From Haloferax volcanii DS2 (GTDB lineage: Archaea > Halobacteriota > Halobacteria > Halobacteriales > Haloferacaceae): a stretch of DNA of 32,000 nt. Numbering within the stretch: the stretch's first letter is position 1; each line of letters opens with the position of its first letter. The DNA lies in assembly GCF_000025685.1 (NCBI RefSeq), contig NC_013967.1:1380001-1412000 (forward strand), written 5' to 3'. This document shows positions 8,454 through 15,733 of this stretch, piece by piece. The notes beneath the pieces are model-generated. The model had not been told where the DNA came from, ran no database searches, and saw only the letters and a program-made list of their open reading frames with translations. Made by a program: the position numbers and the translations under genes.

Positions 8454-9884
8454 TCAACCAAGACTTTCAGATAGCAACTGTTGAACTCGTTCTCGAAAGT
8501 TCGACGAGAGGCTAAGAAGGACAAAGCCGTACGTAGTGGCTCCAGCAAGGACGTATAGGACAACTTCTATCGGTTGACCAATTGGCCGGTAGTTGAGAAT
8601 TGTGAAGAGTACAACAGCCATCGCTCCCGCACTCACAAACTGGCTTCCGATAGCAGATACTGGGGGCAGTGTTTGAACGGCCTTCGGTAGTGCACGGACA
8701 GCGAGTATGCTACCTAGAGTCATTGAAAGGAGGGTAGCGATAGCCGCGCCAATCACACCGAACATCGGTATCAACGATACGTTAAGTATAATATTAGTCG
8801 TGATGAAGATAACTCCTATTCTAAATGTCCTGTCAGGTAGATCTAAAGCATTGAGTGCTTGCATTACTAGCGTCTCGTAGCACTCAACAAGTCGTACGAC
8901 AGAGAGGGATACTAACACAGATACAGCAACACCAACAGAGGAGACTGACGGACCATACAATGCAAGGATGTCACCTCCTACAAGAACTGAACCCACTAAT
9001 CCAGGAATAGCAAGTACACCAGCCACTGAAAGCCCACGGGTGAGAATCCGACGAACTTTATTTAATTTGTCAGTATCTCTTAGAGAACTAATTGTTGGGA
9101 ATGTCGATTTACTGATAGCTGTTGGGAGGAGAACGAATAATGCCGAGATCCGCCATGCTACTTCGTAGATACCGACCAACGATGTTGAGACAAAAAAGCC
9201 GAGAATTATCGTATCTAACCAAGAATATGACATCCGTTTCAAATTATCTAACCATCCATACCGTGCCCAGGAATAGAGGCTTATTGCAGCACTCCGTGTG
9301 GGAGACACAAATGAAATATTGAGTGAATATACACCAAAAATACCGATGACAATGCTAGAGGTAATCTCTCCATAGAAAAGTGCATCTACACCCACGCCTG
9401 TGTAGACAAGAGCCAACTTCACAAGTGAAGATAGGATTCCCCAAAGAGCTTCGTAGAGACTAGACATCTCGACTCGGTTCTCACCTCGAAGCCCTCCTAA
9501 GACTAGCCGGAACGAAACGTTCGAGACGAACATACCACCCACCAGTTGTGTACCGCTGTAATCAAGGTACTGTTCAACGAAGGGAGAGTAACCCAAAAGG
9601 GCGAGAAGTCCAACTAGTATGATTGCTCCCGTGAGGACAGACGCGGTGGTGAAATACTCGCTTGGGGAAATGTCGTCACTTTCGTTCATTCGTGTTATTA
9701 CCGCACCACGGATACCAACAGCCGGAATAGACGCCCATTTCACCAAAGCTGCAGAGAGCGCAAAAATCCCGAAGGCACCAACGCCGAGTTCATTGATCAC
9801 GTAGATTGTGATAATTGCTCCAACGAATGTCTGCGTAACGTTGGCCCCGAACTGCAGCGCAGAAGCGCGTGCTAATTTGGCCAT
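8454..9884 (-). CDS. aglR: Wzx/MOP-like polytopic membrane protein (lipid-linked sugar flippase-type), AglR
   Basis: 476 aa from ATG 9884 (MAKLARASALQF...), with many hydrophobic segments. The track ORF extends to 9935, which lies inside the IS terminus, so the extension is rejected. Confidence 0.8.
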   Translation of the reverse strand: MAKLARASALQFGANVTQTFVGAIITIYVINELGVGAFGIFALSAALVKWASIPAVGIRGAVITRMNESDDISPSEYFTTASVLTGAIILVGLLALLGYSPFVEQYLDYSGTQLVGGMFVSNVSFRLVLGGLRGENRVEMSSLYEALWGILSSLVKLALVYTGVGVDALFYGEITSSIVIGIFGVYSLNISFVSPTRSAAISLYSWARYGWLDNLKRMSYSWLDTIILGFFVSTSLVGIYEVAWRISALFVLLPTAISKSTFPTISSLRDTDKLNKVRRILTRGLSVAGVLAIPGLVGSVLVGGDILALYGPSVSSVGVAVSVLVSLSVVRLVECYETLVMQALNALDLPDRTFRIGVIFITTNIILNVSLIPMFGVIGAAIATLLSMTLGSILAVRALPKAVQTLPPVSAIGSQFVSAGAMAVVLFTILNYRPIGQPIEVVLYVLAGATTYGFVLLSLSSNFRERVQQLLSESLG

Positions 9885-9907
9885 AGAGTAGTTGTGACTT
9901 TGCAATT

Positions 9908-9916
9908 GATAAATTA
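9908..9916 (-). promoter_or_regulatory. TATA-like box of aglR (TAATTTATC on the minus strand), -32..-24 from the ATG
   Basis: AT box with leaderless-type spacing. It directly abuts the IS copy B terminus at 9917, and its first 3 nt are the TSD. Confidence 0.45.
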
Positions 9917-11316
9917 TCAGTACCTCACAAAGCATCCTCGGCTAGCTGTTTCTGAAGCCTGAGTTCTGTGGCGGAGCGGTTGGACTGGCGGTTTCGACGA
10001 GAGAATTATGGACGGATCGGCGGAGAGCCGTCGCTGTCGGCGGCGGCTGCCGCCGACGCGACAGCGTCGCCACTCCCACCGTTGGCTAGCCCGGTCGGGA
10101 GTTACCGGTGGAACCGGTCGTCTGGTGGTCGGTTCGCGGGGACGGCCCGACGCACCGCGAGGGCCGTCCACGCTGCTCGACGGACCATATTGATGAACTC
10201 CTTGAACGACCACTCCCAGAGGCGACGCCCCCCACGGCGGGGCGTCGCCACGTACTCCCAGTGCAAATACCGCCAGACGTTCTGTAACAGCAGGCTCACC
10301 ACGACGTACAACAGCCGTACGACCGGATTTTGTGTCGAGGTCGTCGCGATACTTTGCTCGGAGAGTCGATAGCTTGCCTCGATACCGAAGCGTTTCGCGT
10401 AGTGGTATCGAGCGTCCCGTGGTGAGTCGATGAACGGCGCGTCAGCGGCGTAGCCGTGACGCGCCACGCCATGTTCGTCGTACCGTCCGTTCTGGTAGGT
10501 ACAGTCGATGTAGACGGGAAACTCGACGGTCCAGCTGTGACCGTCGAGTTTCGCTGTCAGACTGTGCTGAATCACGCGACTCCACCCTTCTGAGAGTTCT
10601 CGCTTGATCGTCTGTCCCCAGCGGACGATCGGCATGACGTAGGCGTGGTTGTGCGCCTGAAGCAGCGTCAAACACTTGCTGTCGTAGAATTCGCGGTCAA
10701 GATAGACGGCCTTGACACCGAGGTCAAGGCCGTCGAGAATACCGAGGAACTCTGCGAGGACACTGCTGGCGGTGTCGCCGTCTTCGAGACGGCGCACCGC
10801 CAGCGTGTAGCGTTTGTTCTTCACGCGTGCGTACAGTGTCGCGTACGCGTGGAACGCGGTGGTTCCACGCTTCGCTTGTGAGTGATGCAGGCCGTCTGTA
10901 TCGTCTTCGTCGCCGTAGTAGGGCCGCAGGAGGAGGTCTGCGCAGACCTCCACCTGCTGGGGAAGGACGTTGAGAATGTCCTTCTGGAGGAGCGTGTTCC
11001 CGATTTGTTCGAGCGTCTCGAGGTCGAACTTGGTGCGGAGATGGTAGAGAACCGAGTTTTCGTGAGGTGCATCTTCGCTTCTCTTGCAGAGTGTAGAGAC
11101 CGAGGTCCCGTCGGCGCAGGCGCCGACGAGGACCTCGTAGATGTCTTCAGCATCGAGTTCAGCGTTTTCAGCGAGTGAGAGAGCAACTTCCTCGTCAAGA
11201 GAGTTGACGAGGAAGTTAAGGAGCTGGTCCTCGTGGATTTCATCGTCTGTTTGCTGGTTGTTGGACACATCTTCAGCAAGCAGACGTCTCAACTAACCGG
11301 CTTTGTGATGTACTGA
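9917..11316 (-). mobile_element. ISH51-like IS4-family insertion sequence, copy B (1400 bp), inverted relative to copy A
   Basis: Inverted repeats at 9917-9933 (TCAGTACCTCACAAAGC) and 11300-11316 (GCTTTGTGATGTACTGA). A 3-bp TSD TTA sits at 9914-9916 and 11317-11319. The internal sequence is collinear with the reverse complement of copy A. Confidence 0.85.
10102..11292 (-). CDS. DDE transposase (IS4 family), 396 aa
   Basis: Differs from the copy A protein by one N-terminal indel segment (KQPQQA vs NNQQT) and 5 substitutions (G/D, V/I, R/Q, R/K, N/D), read from the track translations. Confidence 0.85.
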   Translation of the reverse strand: MRRLLAEDVSNNQQTDDEIHEDQLLNFLVNSLDEEVALSLAENAELDAEDIYEVLVGACADGTSVSTLCKRSEDAPHENSVLYHLRTKFDLETLEQIGNTLLQKDILNVLPQQVEVCADLLLRPYYGDEDDTDGLHHSQAKRGTTAFHAYATLYARVKNKRYTLAVRRLEDGDTASSVLAEFLGILDGLDLGVKAVYLDREFYDSKCLTLLQAHNHAYVMPIVRWGQTIKRELSEGWSRVIQHSLTAKLDGHSWTVEFPVYIDCTYQNGRYDEHGVARHGYAADAPFIDSPRDARYHYAKRFGIEASYRLSEQSIATTSTQNPVVRLLYVVVSLLLQNVWRYLHWEYVATPRRGGRRLWEWSFKEFINMVRRAAWTALAVRRAVPANRPPDDRFHR

Positions 11317-11423
11317 TTATAGTTTCTAGCAGAGATCTAGTTAATCACCTGAGTTAGCACTCGTCTGTTGAGCGTACTTGCAGTTTCGCAGTGCAGGAAT
11401 CAAGTAACAGGGGAAACAGCAGA

Positions 11424-11430
11424 GTTATTC
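11424..11430 (+). promoter_or_regulatory. TATA-like box of aglS (GTTATTC), -31..-25 from the ATG
   Basis: Same spacing and a similar TTATTC core as the aglG box. Confidence 0.35.
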
Positions 11431-11454
11431 TATGTTGCTAATAGAGAGCCAAGT

Positions 11455-12831
11455 ATGATGAAACGATTAGCAAAAGCAGCATTCAGTCAAAATTCATTGA
11501 CTGCCCCGATAGTCTCTACATTTGTTTATCTTATTTCTGTTGTACGTGTTGTTCTCAATGGAAATTGGCCAGTCACCTCATCAGATACAGCAATGTTTCA
11601 GCATATAGGATGGATGGTTTTCAGTGGAAAGAGATATTACATCGATGCATGGGACCCAAAACCACCACTGACACTCGAGCTTGCGACAATCATTGCTTAT
11701 ATCTCTAATGGGGATCCGCATCTTCAACACACTCTATCTGTCGTAAGTACAATAGTAGCAGGGATCTTGCTAACATATTTAATCTCCCACATCACCTCAG
11801 AAATCACTGGGAATCAGTTCGCGGGTCTACTTAGTGGCATTGTTTTTATTACATTCCCAGTTATTCATTATTCAGCAGTCTTTGGGTATGAGCCAAAATA
11901 TTTTGTTTTTCTTTTCGGACTAGGAAGTATTTATCTTTCCAGAAACCCGAAACCAATACTATCTGGGGCCGCAGCAGCAGCGTCAGCAGGCATGTGGCAA
12001 TTTGCGATTATATTCCCAATCATATCATTCGGGATTATTTCACGGCGAAAAAGCAAAGATCTGATTCTCAAATATGTTTTTGGGGCCACAATTATTGCTT
12101 TTATTTCTCTTCTCCCAATTTATCTACAGGGCGGGCTAGTTGCAATGACTGTTGAAGTGATAATTGCCCCGTTGTATGCAGGTGAGACACAATCATTCTT
12201 ATATCGGTTGGTAAAAGGAGTCACTCATCTAAAATTAATGATCCCGATAGCACTTCTTGGAATGGCCGGTATATTACTAGGCTTTCTAGACGACATTCGA
12301 GAAAGGTGGTGGGTCGTAGGGCTTTTGCTGTGGTTCTGTATCCAAATATTCATCTTGGATTACGATGGTGCAGACGATTTATTTCTTGGGATTATTCTAG
12401 TTTCGATGGGTATCGGATTTGCATTCGAAAAACTATCAACCAAGTATGAGTCTGAGAGAATTAATTCGATAGTAACAGCCGTTGTCGTTTGCATGTTGAT
12501 TTGGCAGGTAGTGACCTTGGGTGGCGTTGGCGTCATTACGAACCCATACTCTTACTCAGGGGATGGCCCCGATCAAGCCATTCTCGAAAGTGGGATTCAA
12601 CAGTTTGCACATTTGTCTGGATACACAGAATACACAATAGGTGGATCACCCCCAGATGAACAATACAATGTCAAATCCAGGTATGGTCCTGACAAGATAG
12701 AAGAATTGTTCTTTACATCAACAATCCCCTCGACATGTCATTACAGACTTAGTGGGATGGAACTTGAATGGATGAATCTAACAGAACAGTCATTCACAGA
12801 GGAAAAGTGTGGAAAATGGAGGTTACCTTGA
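11455..12831 (+). CDS. aglS: polytopic membrane glycosyltransferase (Dol-P-mannose mannosyltransferase type), AglS
   Basis: The track start at 11368 is a TTG; the first ATG at 11455 (MMKRLAKAAF...) is preferred, giving 458 aa. It has many TM segments plus a soluble C-terminal domain. AT-rich. The AglS assignment comes from position and memory. Confidence 0.7.
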   Translation: MMKRLAKAAFSQNSLTAPIVSTFVYLISVVRVVLNGNWPVTSSDTAMFQHIGWMVFSGKRYYIDAWDPKPPLTLELATIIAYISNGDPHLQHTLSVVSTIVAGILLTYLISHITSEITGNQFAGLLSGIVFITFPVIHYSAVFGYEPKYFVFLFGLGSIYLSRNPKPILSGAAAAASAGMWQFAIIFPIISFGIISRRKSKDLILKYVFGATIIAFISLLPIYLQGGLVAMTVEVIIAPLYAGETQSFLYRLVKGVTHLKLMIPIALLGMAGILLGFLDDIRERWWVVGLLLWFCIQIFILDYDGADDLFLGIILVSMGIGFAFEKLSTKYESERINSIVTAVVVCMLIWQVVTLGGVGVITNPYSYSGDGPDQAILESGIQQFAHLSGYTEYTIGGSPPDEQYNVKSRYGPDKIEELFFTSTIPSTCHYRLSGMELEWMNLTEQSFTEEKCGKWRLP

Positions 12832-12966
12832 TAACCGCAGGACACCAACCCAAATTGGCCATATATTAACTTATACTTTTCTTGTGATCAACCGGTATAG
12901 GGTGGACAACTATCGCAAAGGAGACGTTAAACTCAAAGCCTATCAACAGTCTTTATATCCAACTCA

Positions 12967-12975
12967 TTTTATATA
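12967..12975 (+). promoter_or_regulatory. TATA-like box of aglF (TTTTATATA), -33..-25 from the ATG
   Basis: AT box centred about 29 nt upstream of ATG 13000. Confidence 0.45.
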
Positions 12976-12999
12976 CTTGGCCTCGATGACTCTCTTACT

Positions 13000-13731
13000 A
13001 TGCAAGCTGTTGTCCTCGCCGCCGGTAAAGGAACCCGTCTTCGACCACTCACTGAAGACAAGCCGAAAGGAATGGTCGAGGTCGACGGAAAACCGATTCT
13101 CACCCACTGCTTTGACCAACTCGTCGACCTCGGTGCGGAGAAACTTGTCGTCGTTGTCGGCTACAAGAAGGAGATCATCATTCAACACTACGACGACGAA
13201 TATCGTGGCGTCCCCATTACCTACGCGCATCAACGTGAGCAGAAAGGTCTAGCACACGCCCTCCTCACCGTCGAAGACCACATTGACGAGGACTTCATGC
13301 TGATGCTTGGCGACAACATCTTCAACGCCAACCTCGGCGACGTCGTCAAGCGACAGCGAGAGGATCGGGCGGACGCCGCCTTCCTCGTGGAAGAAGTCGA
13401 CTGGGACGAAGCTTCCCGTTACGGTGTCTGTGTAACCAACGATTACGGTGAAATCACAGAAGTCATCGAGAAGCCCGAAGAACCGCCGTCGAATCTCGTG
13501 ATGACCGGGTTCTACACGTTCACGCCGGCTATCTTCCACGCGTGTCATCTCGTCCAACCATCGAACCGCGGCGAGTACGAAATTAGTGAGGCAATCGACC
13601 TTCTCATCCGCTCTGGGCGAACTATTGACGCGATTCGTATCGACGGGTGGCGGCTGGATATCGGCTACCCAGAAGACCGTGACGAAGCAGAACAACGACT
13701 ACAAGAGGAAACGACACAGGCGACCGAGTAG
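13000..13731 (+). CDS. aglF: sugar-1-phosphate nucleotidyltransferase (glucose-1-P uridylyltransferase), AglF
   Basis: 243 aa. N-terminal signature VVLAAGKGTRLRPLT. Gene order fits. Confidence 0.85.
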   Translation: MQAVVLAAGKGTRLRPLTEDKPKGMVEVDGKPILTHCFDQLVDLGAEKLVVVVGYKKEIIIQHYDDEYRGVPITYAHQREQKGLAHALLTVEDHIDEDFMLMLGDNIFNANLGDVVKRQREDRADAAFLVEEVDWDEASRYGVCVTNDYGEITEVIEKPEEPPSNLVMTGFYTFTPAIFHACHLVQPSNRGEYEISEAIDLLIRSGRTIDAIRIDGWRLDIGYPEDRDEAEQRLQEETTQATE

Positions 13732-13779
13732 ACATCTAATCACGTGTGCTTTTTATTAGTGGGAGTAAACCTGATTTCA

Positions 13780-14667
13780 ATGGCTGATTCTCCGTTTCCT
13801 TGTGTTTCTGTAATCGTTCCAGTTTATAACGACCCCACAGGAATACGTGACACACTGACTGCGCTGACCAAACAGACATACCCGACGGAGAGAGTAAACA
13901 TACTCCCCATCGACAACGGGTCGACAGACGAGACGCGCGACGTGATTCGTCAGTTCGAACGCGAGCACGAGAACGTCACACTCGTCGTCGAAGACGAAAT
14001 CCAGGGGTCGTACGCGGCCCGAAACACTGGCATAGAACAGGCGACGGGAGAGATATTTGCGTTCGTCGACGCCGACATGTACATGGACGAGTCGTGGCTT
14101 GAAACGGCGGTTGACGCGATGGACGAGGCAGCGTACGTCGGGTGCGACATCGAACTGGTTACCAATGGGGAAGACACGCTCCCAGCAAGGTTTGACGCAC
14201 AGACCGCCTTTCCCATAGCGCAGTATATTCGTCAGCAGCAGTACGCCCCGACGTGCGGGCTACTCGTCAGTCGAGAGGTCGTCGACGATGTCGGTCCGTT
14301 CGACGAGCGTCTCGTTTCGGGCGGTGACTCGGAGTTCGGCAGTCGAGTCGCAAACGCCGGGTACAGGCAAGCGTTTGCACCGGCGGCGACACTGTACCAC
14401 CCAGTTCGAGATTCGTTCTCGTCGCTGGTGAAAAAAGAACTTCGCGTCGGCCGCGGCTTGTGTCAGCGGCAAGAGTACTACGCCGATCGGTTCGGCCGTC
14501 CCGGGATTCCGCCACGTCCGAGTGGCGTGAAGTCGCCCGATGAGGAGTCGTCCGGTCTCGATTTCGAGCGACTGCTCTTCGGCGTTCTCTCGGTAGTGAT
14601 GACAGGAGTTCGCGCCCTCGGGTATTATCGTGAGTACGTCCGATACGTTCGCGGGAACACCCGCTGA
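13780..14667 (+). CDS. aglI: GT2 glycosyltransferase, AglI
   Basis: Motifs [12 protein letters not shown] and FVDADMY. The track start at 13744 is a GTG; ATG 13780 (MADSPFP...) is preferred. A TTTTATTA box lies at 13751-13758. Confidence 0.75.
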
Positions 14668-14675
14668 AATGCCAA

Positions 14676-15617
14676 CTAATTATTCGTCTTCTCCACGAGG
14701 TTCGGCGTCAACAGACCGTAGACGTATCCAAATCCAACCGCCGCAGTGAAAACGAAGATAGCGATCAATTGTTGGACCTGCGCCAGCGACGGGTCTTCGA
14801 CGAGATTCTTGAGTCGGTCAACAACGTAGACGAGCATCAAGTCCTTCAGATACGCGTTTTTATCGTCTGACGCTTGTGGATACAACAAGTCCATCACGCG
14901 CTTCGAGTAGCCCTGCCAGAACGAACGAAAGACGAGCCAGTCAAACTCAGTTCGATATTCGAAGAGTTTGTGATTCACGCGCGCTTGTTTGTTATAGATG
15001 ACGCGCTCGCCCGTCTGTTCGTAGATACGAATGCAGACGGGTGCTTCGTGCGCCTGGACGTGTTTGTCTCCTTTTCGACCGGTGTTCGTGTCGTAGCCGC
15101 CCACTTCGAGAAAAACGTCGCGCTTGAAGGAGATGTTCGAGCCGTAGGTGTTCCGAACCTCCTCCATGTGCTCACCGAACCCACGTTCGTCACACCCGAC
15201 GAGCCAGTAGAACTCCTCTGGAAAGAACTCTGGTTTGCGAGCGACCCAGTCGGGGACGACGGTACCGCCGACAGCGACCGCATCCGGATTGTTTTCATAG
15301 GTGTCGACGAGCGTCTCAATCCAATCGGGTTCTGCCGTTGCGTCGTCATCAATCATCGCGACGACGTCGCCGGTTCCGAGCTCAGCACCTTTGGTCCGAC
15401 TGTACGAGATACCGCGGTTCTCGTCGTTACAGTGCAGAACGACATCGTCGATGTCACCGAAGTCGTCTTGCACGCGGTCGAACTCCTCTTCGTTTCCATC
15501 GACAACGATGACGAGTTCGAGGGGTTCGTAGGTCTGTGCGAGGACACTCTCGACGGTCTCGGAGAATGACTCGTACCGTTCCATCGAGTACGTACAGACC
15601 ACGACGGAGACTTTCAT
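14676..15617 (-). CDS. aglG: GT2 glycosyltransferase, AglG
   Basis: 313 aa with an ATG start. MKVSVVVCTYSMERY and the DxD-type MIDDDA. Divergent from aglB. Confidence 0.8.
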   Translation of the reverse strand: MKVSVVVCTYSMERYESFSETVESVLAQTYEPLELVIVVDGNEEEFDRVQDDFGDIDDVVLHCNDENRGISYSRTKGAELGTGDVVAMIDDDATAEPDWIETLVDTYENNPDAVAVGGTVVPDWVARKPEFFPEEFYWLVGCDERGFGEHMEEVRNTYGSNISFKRDVFLEVGGYDTNTGRKGDKHVQAHEAPVCIRIYEQTGERVIYNKQARVNHKLFEYRTEFDWLVFRSFWQGYSKRVMDLLYPQASDDKNAYLKDLMLVYVVDRLKNLVEDPSLAQVQQLIAIFVFTAAVGFGYVYGLLTPNLVEKTNN

Positions 15618-15641
15618 AAGTCGGAGTTACCGAGGAGTCCC

Positions 15642-15649
15642 GAATAAGC
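15642..15649 (-). promoter_or_regulatory. TATA-like box of aglG (GCTTATTC on the minus strand), -32..-25
   Basis: Mirror counterpart of the aglB box, at the same distance from its ATG. Confidence 0.4.
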
Positions 15650-15701
15650 ATTGTCCTTCGATTTGTAACTAGCTATTTCTACCGACACAGACTATCACAA
15701 G

Positions 15702-15709
15702 GCTTATGA
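15702..15709 (+). promoter_or_regulatory. TATA-like box of aglB (GCTTATGA), -32..-25
   Basis: Located 25-32 nt upstream of ATG 15734. Confidence 0.4.
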
Positions 15710-15733
15710 ACAGCTTGGCGGTTGTTGGTCACA

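Noticed and set aside
9885-9935. N-terminal extension of the aglR ORF (MLCEVLIIYQLQSHNYS)
   Set aside because: It would begin inside the IS terminal repeat. ATG 9884 has a TATA-like box at the leaderless spacing.
2983-11316. Idea that the two IS copies form a composite transposon that delivered aglPQER
   Set aside because: Each copy has its own matching 3-bp TSD (GGA/GGA and TTA/TTA), and the outer flanks (GGA vs TTA) do not match. The AT-rich tract also continues beyond copy B into aglS. Independent insertions fit better.
12809-13252. 147-aa plus-strand ORF bridging the aglS end and the aglF start
   Set aside because: It overlaps the well-supported aglF (GKGTRLRPLT) in another frame, covers the intergenic AT-rich promoter, and gives a junk-like translation.
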